From Gemmatimonadaceae bacterium (GTDB lineage Bacteria; Gemmatimonadota; Gemmatimonadetes; Gemmatimonadales; Gemmatimonadaceae), in the NCBI GenBank assembly GCA_033763905.1, contig JANRJP010000102.1, positions 24,863-88,862 on the forward strand: a stretch of 64,000 nucleotides of DNA, given 5' to 3'. The notes beneath the pieces were generated by a model. The model did no database searches. It saw only the letters and a program-made list of their open reading frames with translations, and had not been told where the DNA came from. Positions 21,907-30,678 of this stretch are shown here, piece after piece. Every line of letters begins with the position of its first letter. Within the stretch, counting starts at the first letter, position 1. Both the position numbers and the translations under genes were made by a program.

Positions 21907-22418
21907 ATACCCGCCCGCACCTGTTGCCGGCCTCGCTCTGTGTCGGCGCGATCGCGTTGGACGTGGTCACGAAGCGCTGGGCCGTCGACGCCCTCTCGCC
22001 GATGCACGTACCGCACGAGGTGCTGGGGTCGTTCCTGCGCTTCACGCTGGCGTTCAATCGCGGCGCCGCGTTCGGGATGCACCTCGGCGACTGGTCGCGG
22101 CTCTTCTTCGGTACGGTGGCGGTCGTGATCGTCGGCGTGCTGTTCTCGATGTACCGAGACGCCCCGGCGACGGAGCGTCTGCGTCGCGTGGCGCTCGCGC
22201 TCATCGCCGGCGGGGCGATCGGCAACCTCATCGATCGGCTTCGCTGGGACGGCGGCGTCGTCGACTTCATCGACATCGGCACGGCGACGTGGCGCTTCTG
22301 GACGTTCAACGTCGCCGACAGCGCGGTGACCGTCGGGACGATTCTGTTGCTGTGGGTGATGCGCAACGACGCCCCGGCACCGACGACTCCGGCAGCCGGC
22401 GCGGCGCCGGGCACGTGA
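21903..22418 (+). CDS. lspA: lipoprotein signal peptidase II, copy 2 (diverged tandem paralogue)
   Basis: GTG 21903 (GTGA overlap with the copy 1 stop) in the frame of ORF 21630..22418. DVVTKRWAV, FNRGAAFG, GNLIDR, FNVADSAV. Confidence 0.85.
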   Translation: MNTRPHLLPASLCVGAIALDVVTKRWAVDALSPMHVPHEVLGSFLRFTLAFNRGAAFGMHLGDWSRLFFGTVAVVIVGVLFSMYRDAPATERLRRVALALIAGGAIGNLIDRLRWDGGVVDFIDIGTATWRFWTFNVADSAVTVGTILLLWVMRNDAPAPTTPAAGAAPGT

Positions 22419-23422
22419 GTCTCGACGCGCCGCCGCCGGGTCGCCACGAGTTCGCGGCGCCCGCCGAGGCGACGCGACTCGATCTGGCCGTCGCGGCACA
22501 GCTCGGCGTGTCGCGGACGCGCGCCGCCACCCTTATCGCCGAGGGGCGCGTCACGGTGAATGGCGCCCGTGAAAAGGCGAGTGTGCGGCCGGACGCCGGG
22601 GCGCGGATCGTGGTGGACGTCCCGCCGCCGGCGGGCCGACCCGTGGTGCCCGAGCAGATCCCGCTCGACGTGGTCTATGAGGACGACGACCTGCTGGTCG
22701 TGAACAAGGCGGCCGGAATGGTCGTGCATCCCGCGCCGGGCAACTGGACCGGGACGCTGGTGAACGCCCTGATGGGTCGGCCTGGGACATTGGAGGACGA
22801 CGCCGACACCCCGCCGGAGGCCGCCCGGGCCGGGCTGGTCCACCGGCTCGACAAGGAGACTTCCGGGCTCCTCCTGGTGGCCAAGTCGGAGGGCACCCAC
22901 CGCGCCCTCGCGCAGGATCTGGCGGCCCGGAAGATCGTTCGCCGGTACGCCGCGATGTCCTGGGGTCACGTGGACGGCGACCGTATCACGGTGAAGGCCC
23001 CCATTGGCCGGGACCCTCGTGACCGGAAGCGGATGGCGGTCGTTTCCGGGGGGAGGGAGGCGCACACCGACTTCGTGCGGATCGGGCGTCTCCCGCACAC
23101 GGACCTGCTGCGCGCGCACCTGCACACGGGGCGGACGCATCAGATCCGGGTGCATTTGGCATCGGTGGGGCATCCGGTGGTCGGGGACGACACCTACGGT
23201 GGCGGCGGCGGGCGGAAGCTCGTGGCACTGCCCCCGGGGCGGCACTTCCTGCACGCCGCGTGGCTCCGCTTCCGGCACCCGCGGTCGGGGGAGGCCATCG
23301 ATCTGCGGGCGCCCTTGCCGGCCGATCTGGTGACCTCACTCGCTGCGGCCGCCGAGATGCCCAACCTGCTCACCGAGGGCGATCCGCTGTCGTATCTTGG
23401 GTTTTACGCTGATGGGGGCTGA
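22415..23422 (+). CDS. rluD: RluA/RluD-family 23S rRNA pseudouridine synthase
   Basis: GTG 22415 (GTGA overlap) in the frame of ORF 21854..23422. S4-like N-terminus (RLDLAVAAQLGVSRTRAATLIAEGRVTVNG), catalytic HRLDKETSGLLLVAK, HQIRVHLA. Confidence 0.9.
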   Translation: MSLDAPPPGRHEFAAPAEATRLDLAVAAQLGVSRTRAATLIAEGRVTVNGAREKASVRPDAGARIVVDVPPPAGRPVVPEQIPLDVVYEDDDLLVVNKAAGMVVHPAPGNWTGTLVNALMGRPGTLEDDADTPPEAARAGLVHRLDKETSGLLLVAKSEGTHRALAQDLAARKIVRRYAAMSWGHVDGDRITVKAPIGRDPRDRKRMAVVSGGREAHTDFVRIGRLPHTDLLRAHLHTGRTHQIRVHLASVGHPVVGDDTYGGGGGRKLVALPPGRHFLHAAWLRFRHPRSGEAIDLRAPLPADLVTSLAAAAEMPNLLTEGDPLSYLGFYADGG

Positions 23423-23879
23423 CGTGGTCCCGGCGACGCAGGCCCGCTTGCTGCTCTTCGAGGTGCGGGGGCGTCGCTATGCCTGCGATCTGGCGTCGGT
23501 GCGCGAGATCGTGCCGTTCGGTGTGGTCACGCGGCTCCCGGGCGCTCCGGCGGCGGTGGTGGGCGTGAGCAACGTGCGCGGTCTCGTGGTAACGGTGGTC
23601 GATCTGGGCATTCGGCTCGCCGACGGCCCGGTGGATCGTGCGGAAGGGGCGGTCTTGTTGCTGGAGTACGGCGGCAAGGTGCTCGGCGCGGGGGTGGATG
23701 GGCTGCAGGATGTACTCGTGCCGGAGGATGGCATTCAGCCGCCGCCGGCCGACAGCGGGACCGGCGATACGTCCGGGTTGTTGTGTGGGCTGGTGCAGAC
23801 GAATGGCGGCGTGGCGGTCGTGCTCGACCCCGCGGCGCTCGTGAAGGAAACCCTAGTCGGGACGGGAGGCGACACGTGA
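23412..23879 (+). CDS. cheW: chemotaxis coupling protein CheW
   Basis: ORF 23397..23879 (TTG). Possible starts are TTG 23397, ATG 23412 and GTG 23424. The first two overlap the rluD 3' end (stop 23420-23422); the third lies 1 nt after it. CheW-domain pattern LLLFEVRGRRYACDLASVREIVP...VSNVRGLVVTVVDLG. Confidence 0.85.
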   Translation: MGADVVPATQARLLLFEVRGRRYACDLASVREIVPFGVVTRLPGAPAAVVGVSNVRGLVVTVVDLGIRLADGPVDRAEGAVLLLEYGGKVLGAGVDGLQDVLVPEDGIQPPPADSGTGDTSGLLCGLVQTNGGVAVVLDPAALVKETLVGTGGDT

Positions 23880-24238
23880 GCCAAACGGTGCTCATCTGTG
23901 ACGACGCGATCTTCATGCGGACGATGTTGGCCGACATTCTCACGAATGCCGGATTCGAAGTCGTCGGCGAAGCCGAGAGCGGCGTGCAGGCGGTGGAGAT
24001 GTATCGACGGCTGCGGCCGGACCTGGTGACGATGGACATCGTGATGCCGGATATGGGCGGCATCGACGCCGTCCGCGAGATCACGAAGTTCGATCCCGCC
24101 GCGAAGTGTCTGATGTGCTCGGCGATGGGCCAGCAGGCGCTGGTCGTCGAGGCGATTCAGGCCGGCGCGAAGGACTTCGTCGTCAAGCCGTTCCAGCCGA
24201 GTCGGGTGCTCGAAGCCGTCCAGCGCGTGCTGGGCTGA
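23876..24238 (+). CDS. cheY: single-domain response regulator CheY
   Basis: GTG 23876 (GTGA overlap). VLICDDAIFMR, phospho-acceptor context DLVTMDIVMPDMGG, KDFVVKPF. 120 aa. Confidence 0.92.
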   Translation: MSQTVLICDDAIFMRTMLADILTNAGFEVVGEAESGVQAVEMYRRLRPDLVTMDIVMPDMGGIDAVREITKFDPAAKCLMCSAMGQQALVVEAIQAGAKDFVVKPFQPSRVLEAVQRVLG

Positions 24239-24257
24239 CCCTCCGGAGCGTCCCAGC

Positions 24258-26162
24258 GTGGATCCCGCCAAGTACGCCGAACTCTTCCTCACGGAGAGTC
24301 GTGAGCAGCTCGTGCAGATCAACGAGCAGTTGCTCGCGCTGGAGCGTGCGCCGGAGGACACGTCGCCGGTGGCCGCCCTGTTTCGCGCGGTGCACTCGCT
24401 CAAGGGGATGTCGGCGACGATGGGCTTCAGTGCCGTCGCCTCGCTCGCGCACGAGTTGGAGACGCTGATGGACGGCGTACGGGCCGGCCAGGTGGCGGTG
24501 GAGCCCGTGGTGTCGTTGCTGTTCGAGGCGGCGGACGGGCTGGAGCGGGCCGTCGGCGCCGCCGTCGCGGGACGCGACGAGTTTCCCGACCGTGACGATC
24601 TGCTGGGTCGACTGCGGGCCGCCGCGCAGGGCACAACATCCGCGCCGGTCGCGTCGACCCCGGCGGCGGTCGCGCCGATGCGCCGCACCCCGGTGCGGTC
24701 GTCGGGCTCGGTGCCAATCACCCCCGGCGACGGGCGCACGATCAAGGTCACGCTCGAGGCCGACACCCCGTTGCGCGGCGTGCGGGCCTTCCTCGTCGTC
24801 CAGCGCGCTCGGGCACTCGGGGAGATCACTGCGGTATGGCCGCCGGTCGAGGCCCTGCAGGCCGAACAGTTCGACCGCGAGTTTTCGCTCAAGCTGATCA
24901 CCGGCGCTGCGCCCGACGCGATCGCAGCGGATCTGGCCAAGGCGGGGTACGTCGAGCGCGTGCTGGTGGATGTCGCGCCGGCGCCAGCGGCCAAGTCCGC
25001 GCCCGCGGCTGCAGCACCGGCCCCAACCGTGCGCTCGGTGCGCGTCGACACCCGTCGCCTCGACGCGTTGCTCAACCTCGTGGGCGAGCTGGTGATTGCG
25101 CGCGACCGCCTGACGCGCGTGGCCGCGCAGCGGCAGGATGCTGAACTGTCCGATGTGGTCGCGCAGACGGAACGCCTGATCGGCAACCTGCACGACGAGA
25201 TTCTGGCGAGCCGTTTGATTCCCGTCTGGCAGGTCTTCGATCGCTTCCCGCGCACCGTCCGCGATGCCGCGAAAGCGGTGGGCAAGGAGGTCGAGTTCGT
25301 CGTCGAGGGCAAGGAGATCGAACTGGACCGCTCGTTGCTGGAGGAGTTGGCGGATCCGGTCGTGCACCTCCTGCGCAATGCCGTCGATCACGGGCTGGAG
25401 TCCCCGGCGGACCGTCGTGCGGCCGGCAAGCCGGCCACCGGACGGTTGGTGCTGAGCGCGTCGCGTGACCGCTCGGCGGTGCTGGTGAAGGTCGAAGATG
25501 ACGGGCGCGGCATTGACCGTCGTCGCGTCATTGCCCGCGCCGCGGCGGAAGGCTTGGTCGAGGCCGACCGCACGGCCATCACCGACGACGAACTGGTGAA
25601 GCTGATTGCGCGGCCGGGGTTCTCGACGGCCGAGCGGGTCACCGGTCTGTCGGGGCGCGGCGTCGGCATCGACGCCGTGATCGCGAAAGTGCGCGGCCTT
25701 GGCGGTTCGGTCGAGATCCGCTCGGTGGAAGGGCGGGGCACGACGATCGAACTGCGTCTGCCGGTGACGCTGGCGATCGTCGGCGCGGTCCTCGCGCAGG
25801 TGGGCGACGAGCGATATGCCCTGCCGATGACGCACGTGCAGGAGACGGTGGAGCTCGCCGCGGCCCAGGCCGAGACGCTGCGCGGCCGCGAAGTGATGAC
25901 GCTGCGCGAAGACGTGCTGCCCTTGGTGCATCTGCGCGATGTGGTGCGGATGCCGCGGCGCGACGGCGGCGGCTCGCAGGTGGTGATCGTGGAGCGCGCC
26001 GAGCGGCGCGCGGGGTTGGTGGTGGACCGCTTGCTCGGTCAGCAGGACATCGTCGTCAAGCCACTCGACGCGGTGCGCAATGCCGCGGCGCTGTTCAGCG
26101 GAGCGACGATTCTCTCCGATGGCGCGCCGGCGCTGATTCTCGATGTCAACACGCTCCTCTGA
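24258..26162 (+). CDS. cheA: chemotaxis histidine kinase CheA (P1-P5)
   Basis: 634-aa ORF. Hpt site FRAVHSLKGMSATMGF, dimerisation VRVDTRRLDALLNLVGELVI, HATPase boxes HLLRNAVDHG, DDGRGID and GLSGRGVGIDAV, plus a C-terminal CheW-like P5. Confidence 0.95.
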   Translation: MDPAKYAELFLTESREQLVQINEQLLALERAPEDTSPVAALFRAVHSLKGMSATMGFSAVASLAHELETLMDGVRAGQVAVEPVVSLLFEAADGLERAVGAAVAGRDEFPDRDDLLGRLRAAAQGTTSAPVASTPAAVAPMRRTPVRSSGSVPITPGDGRTIKVTLEADTPLRGVRAFLVVQRARALGEITAVWPPVEALQAEQFDREFSLKLITGAAPDAIAADLAKAGYVERVLVDVAPAPAAKSAPAAAAPAPTVRSVRVDTRRLDALLNLVGELVIARDRLTRVAAQRQDAELSDVVAQTERLIGNLHDEILASRLIPVWQVFDRFPRTVRDAAKAVGKEVEFVVEGKEIELDRSLLEELADPVVHLLRNAVDHGLESPADRRAAGKPATGRLVLSASRDRSAVLVKVEDDGRGIDRRRVIARAAAEGLVEADRTAITDDELVKLIARPGFSTAERVTGLSGRGVGIDAVIAKVRGLGGSVEIRSVEGRGTTIELRLPVTLAIVGAVLAQVGDERYALPMTHVQETVELAAAQAETLRGREVMTLREDVLPLVHLRDVVRMPRRDGGGSQVVIVERAERRAGLVVDRLLGQQDIVVKPLDAVRNAAALFSGATILSDGAPALILDVNTLL

Positions 26163-26169
26163 GGGGTCG

Positions 26170-26793
26170 ATGGACGATACGACGCGATCACTGACTGCCG
26201 CCCAACTCGATGCGCTCCGCGAAGTCGCCAACATCGGCGCGGGGCACGCCGCGACGGCGCTGTCGCAGATGACGGGGCAGACGATCATGATCTCGGTGCC
26301 GCGGATCTTCATCGCGCCCCTCGAGGACGTCCCGCCGCACGTCAGCGGACCCGAGGAGCCGGTCGCCGCCGTCCTGATGCAGATGCTCGGCGACTTGACG
26401 GGACAGACCCTGCTCGTCTTCCCCGAGCCGACCGCGTTGCGACTGGCCGAGTTGATGCTGCGGCGGCCGCGCGGCAGTTCGCCCGGACTCGGCGAACTCG
26501 AGCAGTCGGCCATCAAGGAGGCCGGCAACATCCTGTCAGGGCAGTATATGAACGCGCTGTCCGACTTTATGGGGATGGTGCTGCTGCCGTCACCGCCCTC
26601 GATGGCGATCGATATGTCGGCGGCGGTGCTCGAGAGCACCTACCTGCAGTTCGGCAGTGATCGCGATATGGTCGTCTGCGTCGAGAGCGAGTTCATGATG
26701 AAGGAGCTGGGGGAAACCCTGCGAGGCTTCTTCCTGCTGCTCCCGGACGCACCCTCCCTGCAGGTGATGCTCAAGACGCTCAAGTTGGCCTGA
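26170..26793 (+). CDS. cheC: CheY-P phosphatase CheC
   Basis: ATG 26170 within ORF 26143..26793. Two ExxN active-site motifs (LREVANIGAGHAATALS and IKEAGNILSGQYMNALS), as in CheC-class proteins. Confidence 0.85.
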   Translation: MDDTTRSLTAAQLDALREVANIGAGHAATALSQMTGQTIMISVPRIFIAPLEDVPPHVSGPEEPVAAVLMQMLGDLTGQTLLVFPEPTALRLAELMLRRPRGSSPGLGELEQSAIKEAGNILSGQYMNALSDFMGMVLLPSPPSMAIDMSAAVLESTYLQFGSDRDMVVCVESEFMMKELGETLRGFFLLLPDAPSLQVMLKTLKLA

Positions 26794-26798
26794 CCGAC

Positions 26799-29540
26799 GT
26801 GTCCACCGCCGTGCCTGTCGCTCTCTCGTCCGCTCGCGATCGCGACGCGCTGCGCAGCTTTGCGCGGCGCATCGATCCGTCGGATGCGGGCGCGCACAAC
26901 AACCTCGGCGTCCTGTACTACAACAAGGGCCTGCACGAAGAGGCGGTGGCGGCGTTCACGCGCGCGCTCGAGCTCGACCCCAAGATGGAAGTGGCGCGTC
27001 GGAATCTCGAAGTCGCCTACTTCCGCACGGGCTATTTCGATCGGCGCGTGGGCGAACTGCGCGAGCGCCTGCGCGCCGTGCCGACCGATCGGGAATCGCG
27101 GTTCGAGCTGGGCCGCGCGCACGCCTTCGCGGGCCAGTATCCGCAGGCGGTCAGCGAGTTCAAGACGCTGCTGCAGCACTTTCCGGATGACCTGGCGGCG
27201 ATCCTGCAGCTGGCGCTGGCCGAGAAGAGCTCGGGCGATCTCGAAGATGCCGCGCGCTGGCTGGAGCAGGCCGCGCGACTCGACCCCGACAGCCCGCTGG
27301 TGCACTTCTATCGCGGCGAAGTCGCCTACAACCGCGGGCTCAATGAAGACGCCCTCGCGGCGCTGGAACGGGCGATCGCGCTGAATCCGGAGCTGGCCGA
27401 CGCGCACTACCTGATGGCCTTCGTGCTCGGCGACATCGGACGACACGACGACGCCCGCGGCGCCACCAAGCGCGCGATTCAACTGAATCCGTCGCTGTCG
27501 CGCGCGCAGGCGAATCTGTCGCTCGACAAGTACAACGCGGCGCGGTACGAGGAACTCCTGCCCGGCGCCGCCGAGCGCAAGTCGCAGCAGTTGATGGCGG
27601 TGTCCGAGGAGGGCCAGCTGGCGCACTACTCGCTGGGCATCGCGTACCGGCAAAAGGGGTACTGGGCCGACGCGCTGCGCGAGTACCGGATGGCGCTTGA
27701 TCGGGGCGAGGATCGCGACCTCGTCGAGCAGGCGATGGCCGAAGTGCATCTGCTGCAGCGCGATGTGTCGGGCGCCGTCGCGCTGTACGATGTGCTGATC
27801 GGCCGTCGGCCCGAATCGCCGAAGCTCTGGAACGAGCGGGGCGTCGCGCTGCATCAGGACGGCCGATTCGCCGAGGCGCTCGAGAGCTACGATCGCGCCG
27901 TGGCCGCGGATGACGCGTACGTGCTCGCGTGGAACAACCTCGGCGTGGCCCGCTACCACGCCAATGACGTCGACGGCGCGGTCGATGCCTTCCGGCGTGC
28001 CTTGGATGTGGCGCCCACCTTTGCGAAGTCGCGGCTCAACCTCGCGCTGCTGCTGTTCAAGGGCAAGCGACTGCAGTTGGCGCTGGAAGCGTATCGCAAG
28101 GTGATCGAGGCCGAGCCCGAAGAGCCCACCGCGTGGAACGGCATTGGCCTCGTGCTGGCCGAACTCAAGCGCTTCGAGGAAGCGCGGGCCGCGTTTGCCC
28201 GAGCAATCCAGGCGCGGCCGACGTATGCCGAGGCGCACTACAACCTCAGCTTTACACTGTCGAACCTCGGCGACTTCGAGGGCGCGTTGCGCGAAACCAA
28301 GCGCGCGCTCGAACTCGACCCGTACTACGTCGCGCAGAAGTTCGAGTTGTCGATCGACCTGCAGCACGAGGAGCCGGATCTCTCGATCGCGCCGGATCTG
28401 GGCGGGGAGAAGCGGGTCAGCGGTGCCGTGGACGATTTCGCCTTCGATCCGGCACTGCTCGACGCGGTGTTCACGCGGCTGAACACGCCGTCGAGCCAGC
28501 CGATGACCGCCGTCCCGTCGGGTGAAGGCGAGCCGCTCTCGTACGCGCTGGCACGCGACTACCTGTCGAAGCGACTCGGTGATCGCGCGGCCGCGGAAGC
28601 CACGCGCATCTTGGCGCGGGGTGGTGCACAGGCGGAAGGCCTCACGATCGTCGCCGACTCCTACGCGCAGCGCTCGGCCTACGGCGAGGCGGTGGAACGC
28701 TATCGCGAAGCGCTGCGCGCCGACCTCGAGTACGTGCCGGCGCTCCGTGGCTTGACGTCCTCGTTGATCGCGATGGGCCGCGGTGCGGATGCGCGCCCCG
28801 TGGCCGAGCAGCTGGCGCAGCGCGTCCCCGACGATGTCGACGCGCTGGTGCTGGTGGCCGAGACGCGTTCGGCCGCGGGTGATCGGGTCGCGGCGTTGGC
28901 TGCGCTCGACGGCGCGCGCCGCCGTGCGCCGGCCCGGGCCGACATTCACAAGCGTATCGGCGATGTGCTGGAAGCCTCGGGCGACACCGACGGGGCGCTG
29001 GCGGTCTTTCGACTGGCGACGCAACTCGAACCGAGCTTTGCCGCCGTGCGGACGAGCCTGGGCCGTCTGCTGGCCCTGCGTGGCGACCGCGACGCGGCGG
29101 CGAGCGAGTTTTGCGCGGCGCTGGAGGCGGTGCCGACGTATGGTGCCGCGGCGATCGGACTGGCCGGCGTCCGGCGCGGGCAAGGGCGTGATCGCGAGGC
29201 GATGGACGTGCTGATCGCGCTCCTCGAGACGGATCCCTCGCACCTCGGGGCGCTGGTCGCCCTGGGCGAACTGTTGCTCGCGCAGGGGCGGAGCGCCGAT
29301 GCCGCGTTTGCGTTCCGCCGCGTGCTGACGTTCGACCCGGCACATCCCGCCGCGCTGTTCTACTGGGGCTCGCTGCTGGCGGCGCAGCATCGCTGGCGCG
29401 AGGCCCGCGAGACCTGGTCGCGCGCGGCGGCCGTGAATCCGACGGGCGAATGGGGACAGCGCGCCGCGCGCGAAGCGCGCAGCGCCGAGGATTTAGCGCA
29501 CGTGTACGCGACGGCGGGAGGTGGCGTCGATGCCCATTGA
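26799..29540 (+). CDS. 913-aa tetratricopeptide-repeat protein
   Basis: GTG 26799. TPR consensus repeats run along the whole length (e.g. AHNNLGVLYYNKGLHEEAVAAFTRALELDP, AWNNLGVARYHANDVDGAVDAFRRALDVAP, AHYNLSFTLSNLGDFEGALRETKRALELDP). No TM segment or signal peptide. Confidence 0.85.
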   Translation: MSTAVPVALSSARDRDALRSFARRIDPSDAGAHNNLGVLYYNKGLHEEAVAAFTRALELDPKMEVARRNLEVAYFRTGYFDRRVGELRERLRAVPTDRESRFELGRAHAFAGQYPQAVSEFKTLLQHFPDDLAAILQLALAEKSSGDLEDAARWLEQAARLDPDSPLVHFYRGEVAYNRGLNEDALAALERAIALNPELADAHYLMAFVLGDIGRHDDARGATKRAIQLNPSLSRAQANLSLDKYNAARYEELLPGAAERKSQQLMAVSEEGQLAHYSLGIAYRQKGYWADALREYRMALDRGEDRDLVEQAMAEVHLLQRDVSGAVALYDVLIGRRPESPKLWNERGVALHQDGRFAEALESYDRAVAADDAYVLAWNNLGVARYHANDVDGAVDAFRRALDVAPTFAKSRLNLALLLFKGKRLQLALEAYRKVIEAEPEEPTAWNGIGLVLAELKRFEEARAAFARAIQARPTYAEAHYNLSFTLSNLGDFEGALRETKRALELDPYYVAQKFELSIDLQHEEPDLSIAPDLGGEKRVSGAVDDFAFDPALLDAVFTRLNTPSSQPMTAVPSGEGEPLSYALARDYLSKRLGDRAAAEATRILARGGAQAEGLTIVADSYAQRSAYGEAVERYREALRADLEYVPALRGLTSSLIAMGRGADARPVAEQLAQRVPDDVDALVLVAETRSAAGDRVAALAALDGARRRAPARADIHKRIGDVLEASGDTDGALAVFRLATQLEPSFAAVRTSLGRLLALRGDRDAAASEFCAALEAVPTYGAAAIGLAGVRRGQGRDREAMDVLIALLETDPSHLGALVALGELLLAQGRSADAAFAFRRVLTFDPAHPAALFYWGSLLAAQHRWREARETWSRAAAVNPTGEWGQRAAREARSAEDLAHVYATAGGGVDAH

Positions 29541-30678
29541 AGGCCCGCTGCGCGAGCTTGGCATCCACGATGTCTTCCAGTTGCTCGACCTGAGCCGGAA
29601 GACCGGGATGCTGCACGTCGCGTCGGAACTCCGCGACAACGAAGGCGACGTCTGGTTCTCGCAGGGCAAGGTCGTGTGGGCGTCGATCCGCTCGAATCCG
29701 CATCCGCTTGGCGCGATGCTCGTGAAAAGCGGCAAGGTGTCCGAGGCCGATCTGCAACGCGCGCTGGCGGTGCAGGCGGATCGCGGCGACGGGCGGCGCT
29801 TTGGCGAGATTCTCGTCGATCTCGGCGTGTTGACCCAGCGCGAGCTCGAGAAAGTCGTGCGACTGCAAGTCGAAGAGGTGGTCTTCGAGCTGATGTCCTG
29901 GCGCGAGGGCTTCTTCTCGTTCTCCGATCGCGATGTGTCCGAAGTTCCGGCGGCTGCCGTGCTCCGCATCTCGACCGAGTCGCTGCTGATGGAAGGCGCG
30001 CGACGCATCGACGAATGGTCGCGCATTGCCGACAAAGTCCCGAATCTCGCGGTGATTCCCGTCATCGCGCCGGCGGACGACGGCCACCCCACCCAGCTCG
30101 ACCTGCTGCCACTCGAGTGGGAAATGCTGACGCTCATCGACGGCGAGACCGATCTGCGCGGCATTGCGACGACGCTCGCGCGAAGCGACTTCGACGTCGC
30201 CCGCATTGCCTACGGCCTCGTGTCGACCGGGGTGATCGAGCTGCGGCAGCCGGATCGCGTGAGTACCCGCGCGATGTTGCCAGTCGAGGATCCCACGGTG
30301 CACCTGGTCGCGTCGGCCGAGGCGCTGGCGCGCCGCGACGGACAGGCGGCGTTGTCGGCGGCGCGCGCGGCGCAGGCGGCGGACCCGACGTCGGCAATGG
30401 GCCGCGTTGCCGCGGCGCGTGCGCTGCGGTTCCTGGGCCGCGCCACTGAAGCGCACGAGGAGTTGCGCCGGGCCGCGGCGCTCGCGCCCAACGATGCGAC
30501 GGTCTCGTACGAACTCGCGTGGGCCGCTGCCGGCCGCGGCGAACTCGACGAAGCGCTCGAGCGCTGGGATCGCTGGATCCTGTCGCATCAGACCGACCCG
30601 TCCGCGGAGCGCGTTCGCGCGGCGATCGACACGACGCGGCGCCTCCGGGCGCTGCTGGAGGCCCACGCCGGTGTCTGA
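29530..30678 (+). CDS. PATAN (DUF4388) domain + TPR protein, copy 1
   Basis: ATG 29530 is preceded by GGAGG (29516-29520). MPIEGPLRELGIHDVFQLLDLSRKTGMLHVAS...VWFSQGKVVWA, helical insert PLGAMLVKSGKVSEADLQRALAVQ, EVVFELMSWREGFFSF, then C-terminal TPR-like repeats. Confidence 0.8.
   Translation: MPIEGPLRELGIHDVFQLLDLSRKTGMLHVASELRDNEGDVWFSQGKVVWASIRSNPHPLGAMLVKSGKVSEADLQRALAVQADRGDGRRFGEILVDLGVLTQRELEKVVRLQVEEVVFELMSWREGFFSFSDRDVSEVPAAAVLRISTESLLMEGARRIDEWSRIADKVPNLAVIPVIAPADDGHPTQLDLLPLEWEMLTLIDGETDLRGIATTLARSDFDVARIAYGLVSTGVIELRQPDRVSTRAMLPVEDPTVHLVASAEALARRDGQAALSAARAAQAADPTSAMGRVAAARALRFLGRATEAHEELRRAAALAPNDATVSYELAWAAAGRGELDEALERWDRWILSHQTDPSAERVRAAIDTTRRLRALLEAHAGV

Noticed and set aside
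23223-23240. Sigma-54-type promoter (TGGCAC-N5-TTGC) inside rluD upstream of cheW. I checked other TGGCAC occurrences by eye as well (for example near 10288, 12701, 20193 and 28551).
   Set aside because: None of the TGGCAC hits is followed by TTGC at the required 5-nt spacing.
26640-29390. 916-aa minus-strand ORF antisense to the 913-aa TPR gene. Similar long antisense or overlapping ORFs occur at 23735-25378, 24183-26639, 28642-30789, 32771-34708, 10062-11306, 17841-19433, 19587-21425, 42238-44337, 52735-54528, 56457-58265, 59988-61952 and 60089-62260.
   Set aside because: These are typical stop-codon-poor shadow frames of a very GC-rich genome. Their translations are Arg/Pro/Gly/Ala-rich with no motifs, and each lies opposite a gene with unmistakable conserved motifs.
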